NCBI RefSeq assembly: GCF_006345805.1 | Contig: NW_021835264.1 | Span: 1-42,558, forward strand | DNA from: Octopus sinensis | Taxonomy: Eukaryota | Length of the DNA stretch: 42,558 nucleotides | Direction of reading: 5' to 3' | Shown: piece after piece, positions 10,030 to 19,944 of the stretch | Position numbering within the stretch: the first letter of the stretch is position 1 | Layout: each line of letters begins with the position of its first letter | The notes under the pieces: generated by a model | Databases searched by the model: none | Seen by the model: the letters and a program-made list of their open reading frames with translations, nothing else | What the model was told of the DNA's origin: nothing | Position numbers and translations under genes: made by a program

Positions 10030-11160
10030 TGCTTTCTCCTTCTATTTCAGTAATAATGTCGCACTTGGTGGCAATAAAATTTCAACGAATGTCGAAGCTA
10101 GTAGTGTTATGAAACAAACGACATAGATTGTGTGAAGCGGTAAAGCGTTATAGCATCAAAGATATTAGTTCCTGATAATGTGGGCCATCGCCCTTGCTTT
10201 AGTCGTCCATCATAGGCGGAGACTGTCGGGACGGAGACGAAACCACTTCCGCTTTCAAGCAGCAAATGGCGCGCAATTTAGTCTGTAATACTCCATCAAC
10301 TAGCAACCTTCTCTCAAGTTAGTGAAACACTACAAGCCATAGAAACTAGTGGTCGTTTCGTGTTCAACACCATTCAACTAGCAATCTTACAATTAAGTCT
10401 ACACCACTCAACTGGTAACATTTTAGGGAACTTAAAATATTAGTGAACGAGTAATATTTTGTACTCATTCTGTAATTATTTCTGGTGACTACATTTAATG
10501 TACCTTGCATTAAATGTTTTAACTGTAAACAATTCTTTCGTTTGTCTACAACTTTCCTATCTTAGCGACCACCCCGAATTAACTTTACGCAACTAGAAAA
10601 CTTCACTCAAGTTTGTCTTCGTTCCTTAACTACGAACAACTCACCTGCGAATTCGAAATTCGACTATTAACTTTTCTTTAGTTTCCACTCGTGGCAACCT
10701 CCCTTCGATTTAGTCTACTCCACTCAACACTAGTAGCCTCACTCAACTAGCAGCCCCATCTCAATTTAGTCAATATTACTAACTCAAATTTTTCTACACA
10801 CAACTAGCAACACCTTCATTACATTTCATTCACATTAACTTGCGATTTTCTATCAAACAACACAATCCTTTCATATGCACGTTGTCAAGGAAGTGAAATT
10901 TTATTTCAACGAAGATTAGAAAGGGGACGGACAATAGCTTTGGAATTGACTGAGAGTGGTCCACCTCTTCGGTTGCAATAATATGAAACAAATGAAGTCG
11001 TTCTAATGAAATCTATACTTCCAAAAATATAGTAATAATTATAGGTAAAGCTATCGGGAGTAGATATATTTAGTTCGAGACTTCGTTGTCAGGCAGACGA
11101 TTTAGTTGTATTTCTGTAGAAGAAAAAAAAACGATTTAATGTAAACTACGGTAAGAAAAT
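10030..11160. promoter_or_regulatory. CpG-retaining promoter-like region with ETS and YY1-type motifs
   Basis: CG dinucleotides are visibly far denser than in the flanking non-repeat DNA (not computed). ACTTCCG (ETS-type) lies at 10245-10251 and AAATGGCG (YY1-type) at 10264-10271, about 1.1 kb upstream of a first coding exon. Confidence 0.6.
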
Positions 11161-11349
11161 TGGATAGCATTAAAAAAACAAAGTGATCAGCAATAATAGG
11201 TATGTATATATTGAATATATATACATATAGTGCATGTTTATATTACATCTGCCAATTATATATTTATACGTCGCCATATAGTATTTTTGTTGTGCTTCAA
11301 AATTGTGCTAGGTAAGGAAAGTCATCGTGTAAACTATATGTAAGAAACA

Positions 11350-11438
11350 ATGTCAGAAAGTGAAATGACGGAAGATCATGTAACTATTACTCAGTTGGCA
11401 TTACATGAACTGGAGGAAGAACTGAAGTGTTCAGTTTG
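11350..11438 (+). CDS. BARD1: First coding exon of a BARD1-like (BRCA1/BARD1-family) RING-finger protein
   Basis: ATG at 11350 with an in-frame TAA at 11341. Translates MSESEMTEDHVTITQLALHELEEELKCSV-C, ending TG|GTAAGT (consensus donor at 11439). TQLALHELEEELKCSVC aligns with human BARD1 SRAALDRLEKLLRCSRC; BARD1 and BRCA1 both have a phase-2 intron in this second RING cysteine. Later exons not found, so the symbol is tentative. Confidence 0.65.
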
Positions 11439-11596
11439 GTAAGTTTCCGATTTCCCCAGCATTTATTCTCCAATAACTTCCATGTCTTATATACTTGGTT
11501 TCTTCTAATTGCCATACAATCATGCATGTGCATTATATCAGTGCCGCCAATTTTGGTGGCTTTTGTCACCGACTGTGTTTGTGTGTGTGTATATAT

Positions 11597-11647
<51 letters not shown>

Positions 11648-12415
11648 CATACTGCGATTTAAATTGAATTTGGAATTCCATGTGTATTCCTGTATATCTA
11701 AAGAGAAGCTGTGGGGCGGATATTCGTATTATAGTCGGAGTTTCATTTGGTTGGACACGACGGTTAGATAGGTTACACGGTACACATAGAAAGCAAACTA
11801 AAACAAGAATTTGTTCATCAAAAAGGTTTACAGATTAACATGTAGACTGTATTTATTATGCTACAGAAATTACTCTCTGTTGCTGCTCTGAGTTTCGCGA
11901 GTGCTCTTGCAGCTTGTTGTGCAGTGTTTACACACACATAATATACACCCACACATACATAAAAAAGACACATAAACTATACAAATGCACACACACACCT
12001 ATGATTCATGCTAACATATGTATATATAATTATTCTTTTGGTTTGTGATCCTAAAATGAAAGTGGGAATATTGACACTTCTGCGATGAACAGACACTTTT
12101 AATGTTTTATTATATTTTTTTCCTCAAAATTTCGTTGGATATCTTTTTCAATAATGTAAATTACGATGGTATTAAAAAGACAAAAGTACTTTCCTATTGT
12201 TTTATTTACAATCCCTTTGTTTTTAACTTCTAATTTTCAATTCTTTTTTTCTTGTGGTGGGTAACGGTGATGAATTCTCGTTTAAAAGCACAGAGATTGG
12301 TTCTGAAAAATGATTTCGGCAACGATTTCTTTCAATTTGTTAATATTTACAATAATTCTTCACTACATACATTTTGCGATTATAAATCGAATGTCATGTA
12401 CGTGTGTGTGTATCT

Positions 12416-13437
12416 CATCATCACTTAACGTCCTTTTATCCCAACTGGCATCGGTTGGATGACTTGACAAGAACTAGTAAGGCTAGGAGCCACACCAGAT
12501 TTCATAGTCTGTTTTGGCTTGGCTTCTACAGCTGGATGCTCTTCCTGACGCCAACCATTGTACGGTATACTGTGTGTTTTCTGCGTAGCGCCATCACCAC
12601 TGCTTTTTATATGGCACCTTGGATTTAGGATATCAATTGGTGACCGGGTTTTCTTGATACAGCAGTGTACCATATATTTTGGTCCTCTATCATCTCCTTT
12701 GCAAGGCTCAGTGTTTTGAGATCGGCCTTCAGTACTTCGTCCATGTCTTCTTGTGTCTCCCTCTTTCACAACTTTCCTCCACTATAAGTGATTGACACTT
12801 GTTTATGCCCTCATCCATCCACATCATGTAACCAAACCTATTCAGCCTCCTCTCTTGCGCACTGCATATTATTCCTCTTATGCTTAATTTTTCTCTCAAT
12901 ACACTAGTGCTCTGTCACACATGTACACTGACATTGCACATCCAGTGGAGCATACCAGCTTCTTTCTTCTCTAGTCTTTGCATGACCTCTGCAATCAGGA
13001 CCCATATCTCACTACCATGTAGCATTGCAGTCTGTACACATGCATCAGAGCTTCTTCCTTTTACTCAGAGAGAGAGACCTTCGCTTACCATCAGAGGTAA
13101 AAGCTTTGAACATTCTCCAGCCTATTTTTATTCTAGCAATTACACTTTTTATACAACCTCCTCCACAGCTAGTTTATCTAGGTTGCAGAAATTATCTACA
13201 ACTTTCAGAGAGCTTCCAGGACTTTTCAGGAAATCAGTTTTCTCTGTATCTGTGGTCTTTGTGGATCCTCTGCATCTTCCGCATACAAACTACTTTCTCT
13301 GTTAAGTTTCTCACTATTCCACTGCACCTCTTGTGAATCCATAGCTTGCACTGGGAATTTCTGTCTGAAACCTTCCTACATATTGAGCAAAGCCATTTGC
13401 CTGAGTGATCCCAAACAATAAGTGATCCCAAACAATA
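12416..13437 (-). mobile_element. 5'-truncated RTE-clade LINE (Cys-rich finger, C-terminus, 3'UTR, (GAT)n tail)
   Basis: KWLCSICRK...QCKLWIHKRCSG (13234..13431), QERRLNRFG-type C-terminus, GGCGTCAGGAAGAGCATCCAGCTGTAGAAG motif, tail at 12416-12423. Confidence 0.85.
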
Positions 13438-13604
13438 TTTTGCTTACTAGGACCTTAATTTTTGCTTAGTTAATTTTAAGACCTTTTGATTCCAAGTTCT
13501 GTTTCCACATCTCGAATTTCTTTTCTAATTTTACTACAGATTCTGCTAAAGGGCCCTATCCTCCGACACATATCACACAGGTATATATTGTATGTATATT
13601 TGCA

Positions 13605-13760
13605 ATTGTATGTGGTAAGTAGCTTGCTTACCAACCACATGGTTCTGGGTTCAGTCCCAGTGCGTGGCACTTTGGGCAAGTGTCTTCTACTATAGACTCG
13701 GGCTGACCAAAGCCTTGTGAGTGGATTTGGTAGATGGAAACTGAAAGAAGCCCGTTGTAT
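13605..13760 (+). mobile_element. tRNA-derived SINE, 5' half (interrupted)
   Basis: TGTGGTAAGTAGCTTGCTTACCAACCACATGGTTCTGGGTTCAGTCCC...GGAAACTGAAAGAAGCCCGT matches the 5' half of the uninterrupted copy at 42015-42398(-). Confidence 0.85.
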
Positions 13761-16546
13761 CATCATCATCATCATTTAACGTCCGCTTTCCATGCTAGCA
13801 TGGGTTGGACGGTTCAACTGGGGTCTGGGGAACCCGAAAGCTGCACCAGTCCAGTCAGATCTGGCAGTGTTTCTACAGCTGGATGCCCTTCCTAACGCCA
13901 ACCACTCCGAGAGTGTAGTGGGTGATTTTATGTGCCACCGACACAGGTGCCAGACGAGGCTGGCAAACGGCCACGCTCGGATGGTGTTTTTATGTGCCAC
14001 CGACACAGGTGCCAGACGAGGCTGGCAGACGGCCACGCTCGGATGGTGTTTTTATGTGCCACCGACACAGGTGCCAGACGAGGCTGGCAGACGGCCACGC
14101 TCGGATGGTGTTTTTATGTGCCACCGACACAGGTGCCAGACGAGGCTGGCAGACGGCCACGCTCGGATGGTGTTTTTATGTGCCACCGACACAGGTGCCA
14201 GATGAGGCTGGCAAACGGCCACGATCGGATGGTGCTTGTTACGTGCCCACAGCACGGAGGCCAGTCGATGCGGTACTGGCTACGGCCACGTTCGGATGGT
14301 TTTCTTATGTGCCACGTGCCACCGGCACTGGTACCACAAAGATACAAATTCCATTGATGTTCATCTATTTTGATTTGTTTTGATTTTCACTTGCCTCAAC
14401 AGGTCTTCACAAGTGTCACAAGAAGGAAGGTATGCACAGGTGGACTGACTACGTCCCAGGTAGGGGCCATGGGTTATGGCCTGACTAGTCTTGCCGGGTC
14501 TTCGGATGGTGTTTTTATGTGCCACCGACACAGGTGCTAGATGAGGCTGGCGAACGGCCACGATCGGATGGTATTTGTCATGTGCCCACCGCACTGACTA
14601 CGGCACTGATGGATTCTTGTGTGCCACAGGCACTGGTACCACAAGATACAAATTCCATTGATGTTCATCTATTTTGTCTATTTTGATTTTGATTTTGATT
14701 TTCACTTGCCTCAACCGGTCTTCACAAGTGTCACAAGAAGGAAGGTATGCACAGGTGGACTGACTAGTCTTGCCGGGTCTTCGGAAGGTGTTTTTATGTG
14801 CCACCGACACAGGTGCCAGATGAGGCTGGCGAACGGCCATGATCGGATGGTGTTTGTTACGTGCCCACAGCACGGAGGCCAGTCGATGCGGAACTGGCTA
14901 CGGCCACGTTCGGATGGTTCTCTTGTATGCCACCGGCACTGGTACCACAAAGTGTGTGCCACCGGCACTGGTACCACAAAGATACAGATTCCATTGATGT
15001 TCATCTATTTTGATTTGTTTTGATTTGATTTTCACTTGCCTCAACAGGTCTTCACAAGTGTCACAAGAAGGAAGGTATGCACAGGTGGACTGACTACGTC
15101 CCAGGTAGGGGCCATGGGTTATGGCCTGACTAGTCTTGCCGGGTCTTCGGATGGTGTTTTTATGTGCCACCGACACAGGTGCTAGATGAGGCTGGCGAAC
15201 GGCCACGATCGGATGGTATTTGTCATGTGCCCACCGCACTGACTACGGCACTGATGGATTCTTGTGTGCCACAGGCACTGGTACCACAAGATACAAATTC
15301 CATTGATGTTCATCTATTTTGTCTATTTTGATTTTGATTTTGATTTTCACTTGCCTCAACCGGTCTTCACAAGTGTCACAAGAAGGAAGGTATGCACAGG
15401 TGGACTGACTAGTCTTGCCGGGTCTTCGGAAGGTGTTTTTATGTGCCACCGACACAGGTGCCAGATGAGGCTGGCGAACGGCCATGATCGGATGGTGTTT
15501 GTTACGTGCCCACAGCACGGAGGCCAGTCGATGCGGAACTGGCTACGGCCACGTTCGGATGGTTCTCTTGTATGCCACCGGCACTGGTACCACAAAGTGT
15601 GTGCCACCGGCACTGGTACCACAAAGATACAGATTCCATTGATGTTCATCTATTTTGATTTGTTTTGATTTGATTTTCACTTGCCTCAACAGGTCTTCAC
15701 AAGTGTCACAAGAAGGAAGGTATGCACAGGTGGACTGACTACGTCCCAGGTAGGGGCCATGGGTTATGGCCTGACTAGTCTTGCCGGGTCTTCGGATGGT
15801 GTTTTTATGTGCCACCGACACAGGTGCTAGATGAGGCTGGCGAACGGCCACGATTGGATGGTGTTTGTCATGTGCCCACAGCACGGAGGCCAGTCGATGC
15901 GGTACTGGCTACGGCCACTTTCGGATGGTTTTCTCTTGTGTGCCACCGGCACTGGTACCACAAAGATACAAATTCCATTGATGTTCATCTATTTTGATTT
16001 GTTTTGATTTGATTTTGATTTTGATTTTCACTTGCCTCAACAGGCCTTCACAAGTATCACAAAGAGGAAGGTATGCACAGGTGGACTGACTACGTCCCAG
16101 GTAGGGGCCATGGTTTATGGCCTGACTAGTCTTGCCGGGTCTTTGGAAGGTGTTTTTATGTGCCACCGACACAGGTGCTAGATGAGGCTGGCGAACGGCC
16201 ACGACCGGATGGTGTTTGTTATGTGCCCACAGCACGATGGCCAGTGATGCAGTACTGACTACGGCCATGTTCGGATGGATTCTTGTGTGCCACCGGCACT
16301 GGTACCACAAGCGGTACTGACTACTTTTTATGTGCCACCGACACAGGTGCTAGATGAGGCTGGCGAACGGCCACGACCGGATGGTGTTTGTTATGTGCCC
16401 ACAGCATGATGGCGAGTGATGCGGTACTGACTACGGCCACGTTCGGATGGATTCTTGTGTGCCACCGGCACTGGTTCCACAAGCGGTACTGACTACGGCC
16501 ACGTTCGGATGGATTCTTGTGTGCCACCGGCACTGGTACCACAAGC

Positions 16547-16549
<3 letters not shown>
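13761..16549 (-). repeat. RTE 3'-end-derived hierarchical tandem array (62-bp monomers, 645-bp higher-order repeat)
   Basis: (CAT)n tail and RTE 3' motif at 13761-13915. Five 62-bp units start at 13931, 13993, 14055, 14117 and 14179. 645-bp periodicity (14401=15046=15691); the ORF track shows identical ORFs 645 bp apart. 62-bp variant units start at 16421, 16483 and 16545. Confidence 0.95.
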
Positions 16550-16587
<38 letters not shown>

Positions 16588-16800
16588 ATGTTTGTGTATC
16601 TGTGTTTATCCAACCAACATCGCTTGACAATGATGCTGGTGTGTTTACGTCCCTGTCACTTAGCAGTTTGGAAAGAGTGACCGATAGAATAAGTACTAGG
16701 CTTACAAAGAATAAGACTTGGGGCGATTTGTTGACTGAAGGTGGTGCTCCAGCGTAGCCACAGTCAAATGACTGAAACAAATAAAAGAAAGAAAAAAGAA
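16550..16800 (+). mobile_element. tRNA-derived SINE, 3' half
   Basis: (TA)n, then CGCTTGACAA...GAATAAGTACTAGGCTTACAAAGAATAAG...GCTCCAGCGTAGCCACAGTCAAATGACTGAAACAAATAAAAG; matches the 3' half of 42015-42398(-). Confidence 0.85.
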
Positions 16801-16807
16801 AAAAATA

Positions 16808-17517
16808 TGTGGAAGAGGTAGAAGCAAGAAGACCTGGGATGAGGTGATGAAGCATGACCTTCAAACATTGGGCCTCACCGAGATAATGACTAGTGACCGG
16901 ACCTCTGGAAATATGCTGTGCTTGAGAAGACTCGGCAAGCGCAAGTGTAACCATAACCTTGTGGCCTATGCTAGGGTTGTAACCAGTCCACTTGTGCGTG
17001 CCTTTTCTTCATTGGACACTAAACTCTGCTTGTGAAGACCGGTTGAAGCTAGTGTAATCGAAGTCGAAATCAAACTCGGTGACTGGCATCCGTTGCTAAT
17101 GGGGTGCTAAGAGTACCATACGAGTGAGATCATTGCCAGAGCAACAAGCTGGCCTTCGTGCTGATGGCACATTAAACACACCATTCGAGCGTGATCGTTA
17201 CCGCATCGCCTTACACTTGTGCTGGTGGCATGTGAAATATTCGAGCGAGGTCATCGCCAGTACCACTGGACTGGCCCCTGTGCAGGTGGCACATGAAAAG
17301 CACCGTTTGGGCATAGCCGTTGCCAGTTCCACCAAACTGGCCCTCGTGCCGGTGGGACATAAAAGCGCCCATTACACTCTCGGAGTGGTTGGCGTTAGGA
17401 AGGGCATCCAGCTGTAGAAACTCTACCAGATCAGATTGGAGTTTGGTTCGCGAGACTTCAGTCAAATTGTCCAACCCATGCTAGCATGGAAAGCGGATGT
17501 TAAATGATGATGATGAT
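16808..17517 (+). mobile_element. 5'-truncated RTE 3' end with complete 3'UTR and (ATG)n tail
   Basis: RGRSKKTWDEVMKHDL-type C-terminus, degenerate ~60-bp GGTGGCACAT-type repeats in the UTR, GGCGTTAGGAAGGGCATCCAGCTGTAGAAAC, tail GTTAAATGATGATGATGAT. Confidence 0.88.
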
Positions 17518-17519
17518 TT

Positions 17520-17620
17520 GTGCATGTATTTGTTCATCCCCCACAACTGCTTGACAACCAGTGTTATGTCCCTGTAACTTAATGATTTGGCAAGAAAGGT
17601 CAATGGAATAAGTACTGGGA
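17520..17620 (+). mobile_element. SINE 3'-half fragment
   Basis: GCTTGACAACCAGTG..TATGTCCCTGTAACTTA...GAATAAGTACTGG is homologous to 16620-16700. Confidence 0.6.
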
Positions 17621-17649
17621 GTACTGTAGCATGGCCACTGTCTAACAAC

Positions 17650-18130
17650 TGCAGAATGTATCTCATGGAAAAGTCAAAAGTTCCAAATCACATCATACTA
17701 GCAACACTCCCACTAGACTTTGTGATCTTTTCAGATTCTACCAAACAGTTGATCATTTGGGAACTGATTGTGCTCTGGAAATTACACATAGAAGAAGCTC
17801 ATGAGACAAAGTTTGCCAGATACCAGGAGCTAGTAAAGCAGTGAAGAAATTGGGGCTGGCAGGCATGTTTTGGGGCAGTTGAAGTGGGCTGCCAGGATTT
17901 TTGGAGTGTTCTTTCTGCAAAGCTTTGACTGGGCTTAGAGTTACTGGTGTAGCTAAGAGGAGAGCCATAAATTCCATTACTGAAGCTGCAGAGAAGGCCA
18001 CTTGGTGGCCTTGGATAAAGAATGCTGACCAATGGTTTGCTGCTTCTGGGATGCAAGCTGCAACTTGATCAACCCTGGCTGGGTCAATTGGAGGATGGGG
18101 GTCTGATGTTGAGAGACCCAAAACTTGCTG
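17650..18130 (+). mobile_element. R2-superfamily (HERO-like) non-LTR element 3' end: restriction-like endonuclease + 3'UTR
   Basis: DFVIFSDSTKQLIIWEL...EEAHETKFARYQELV...GWQACFGAVEVGC...AAEKATWWPWIK matches the PD..E..K RLE layout of HERO-type elements. Confidence 0.8.
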
Positions 18131-19600
18131 GGTCTAATGATGGCTATAGAGCATCTGTGAAATGCGTCTTCAACTAAACTTGTGGATTATCCAGTGACTG
18201 CTGGGAACAGACCAGATGACAACCAAAAGTAGCTTGGTGCCTACTGGTCAGTAAGCAGTAAGGATGTATGAAGGGCTTGTTGGGCCAGCAACCTGTCTTG
18301 CTAACCTTTCCTTTGCTATAAACAAACCAGATAAAGCATATCCCAGGGAGATTCTGAGAGGGAATAAGAATGAGATCCCCAACAAGACAGATTTACAGAT
18401 TTTGATCCAAGCAAATGAGAAAGGACAAAGAAAGCAATTTGTATCTGTGAAAAAGACTGCAAGAATATACATGCCCATAAGGCCATCAGGCCAGAAAGAA
18501 ATGCTTGGTCAAAAAGAATCAGGTGCAATGCACAGGCATGCATCCTGGTGAAACAAAGGAAGAGAATGGCCAGGACTCACCCTGCAGTGCCAAGTCCCTC
18601 CATGTTCTCTGCATGCAAGATAGTTCACCAAATCAAAGACGTGTGCAAGATCCTACAGATAACACATAAAGGTGGCACTAAAGTCAACTGAAAGCAATGA
18701 TAGTAATCATTGTTTGCTATGTGTCTGTTAGATTCAGTTGCACAAAAGTAGGAAATAACAAAAAAACAATTAAAACAAAATCCACAGACCCACAAGATAA
18801 AATAACTTTTACAGTAATTGAAGATCCTCAAGAAGCCGTACAATAAAAAGGCATGCCAACCACTAGCATATCTGTGAGACTTCCTCAGGATGTTCTTCAC
18901 TGTAGAGCAGAAAGGCGCTGAAAATGGAGAAATGGCCTTACCACAAAGTTGTTTGGTGACAAGTTAAGCAGCAAAGAAATGTGAACATTATCAAAACAAC
19001 GTCCTTAACATGAGTGAACCAAGCTGGAAGGAACTTTAGGAGGCTGTTAAGGCAGTAAGGTCTGCCCCTGGACCCAGTTCAGTGCAGTACAATGTCTATA
19101 AATACTGTCCAAGACTTCTCTAACAACTGTGGAAGATGCTGAAAGTGGTCTGGTGGAAAGGAAGTGTTGCCAACCAGTGGATGTATACTGAAGGAGGAGG
19201 ATTCAAAACAAATCAATCAGTTCATGGTCATCTCACTATTTGGCATTGAAGGCAAGATATTCTTCAGTATCTTGGCCCATTAATTAATGAAGTTTCCTTT
19301 GGAGAACATGTACATAAACACATCAGTACAGAAAGGTGGAATTGCTGGAACACTTGGCTCTCCTAGAGCACACTGAGGCGGTTATGCAGCTCTTAAGACA
19401 AGCAATGAAAGATAGGAGAGACCTGGTGGTTCTGTGGCTGGACATACAAGCTAGTTTAGGAAGCCCTTGAAAGATAACACCATGTCCCCAGAACAATTGA
19501 TCTCATCCTCAGTGGTTATTGCAACATCCAGATGATAGTCACCTCTGGATCTACAGCCCTGCATACCAGATGCTAACAAATTTATGGGGTCATCAGAAGA
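18131..19600 (+). mobile_element. HERO-like element 5' region: N-terminal zinc finger and decayed RT
   Basis: CICEKDCKN...HQARKKCL (18440-18507), SEPSWKEL..APGP (19013-19075), EGKIFFSIL, SVQKGG, LVVLWLDI (~19430); stops and deletions. Confidence 0.75.
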
Positions 19601-19619
19601 GAATAGGAGCTGTTTCAGG

Positions 19620-19925
19620 ACTTACCTCTCAGTGGCATCATTGTGCACCCCCACCCCACTCACTGAAATGATGGCCAGCCTGCTAGATCAACTGATTATC
19701 AGGTTTTGCTCAATATTCTTCTAGCCATTGCACATCATCACTTTTTATTGTCACAAATCCAGAGGTTTACTTTTTCCACTGTAGTTTGGATATCACTCAT
19801 GATGGTATTTGCTTTATGATGAGTTATGCCTAACGATAACAACAGTTGCCTCACACTGTGTCCAGTAGATCTTCTACATCTGACTTCAATTGGAAAATGC
19901 TCCACTTTCCAGCCTGGGCTTGTGC
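19620..19925 (-). mobile_element. Second HERO-like subfamily 3' end (RLE C-terminus)
   Basis: ORF 19738..19944: GWKVEHFPIEVRCR...LLLSLGI...TVEKVNLWI, equivalent to the PIEVGCRG...AERASxWLW motif. Confidence 0.7.
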
Positions 19926-19944
19926 TGTAAAAAAAAAACTGCAA

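Noticed and set aside
13931-16549. CRISPR-like look: regularly spaced repeats with palindromic hairpins
   Set aside because: There are no unique spacers, since whole units repeat. No cas genes, eukaryotic context, and clear homology to RTE 3'UTRs.
13792-16680. Repetitive ORFs such as MCHRHRCQTRLANGH and MPPTQVPDEAG as a repeat protein
   Set aside because: The 62-bp period is not a multiple of 3, ORFs appear in all frames on both strands, and there is no splice or start context; by-product of a GC-rich array.
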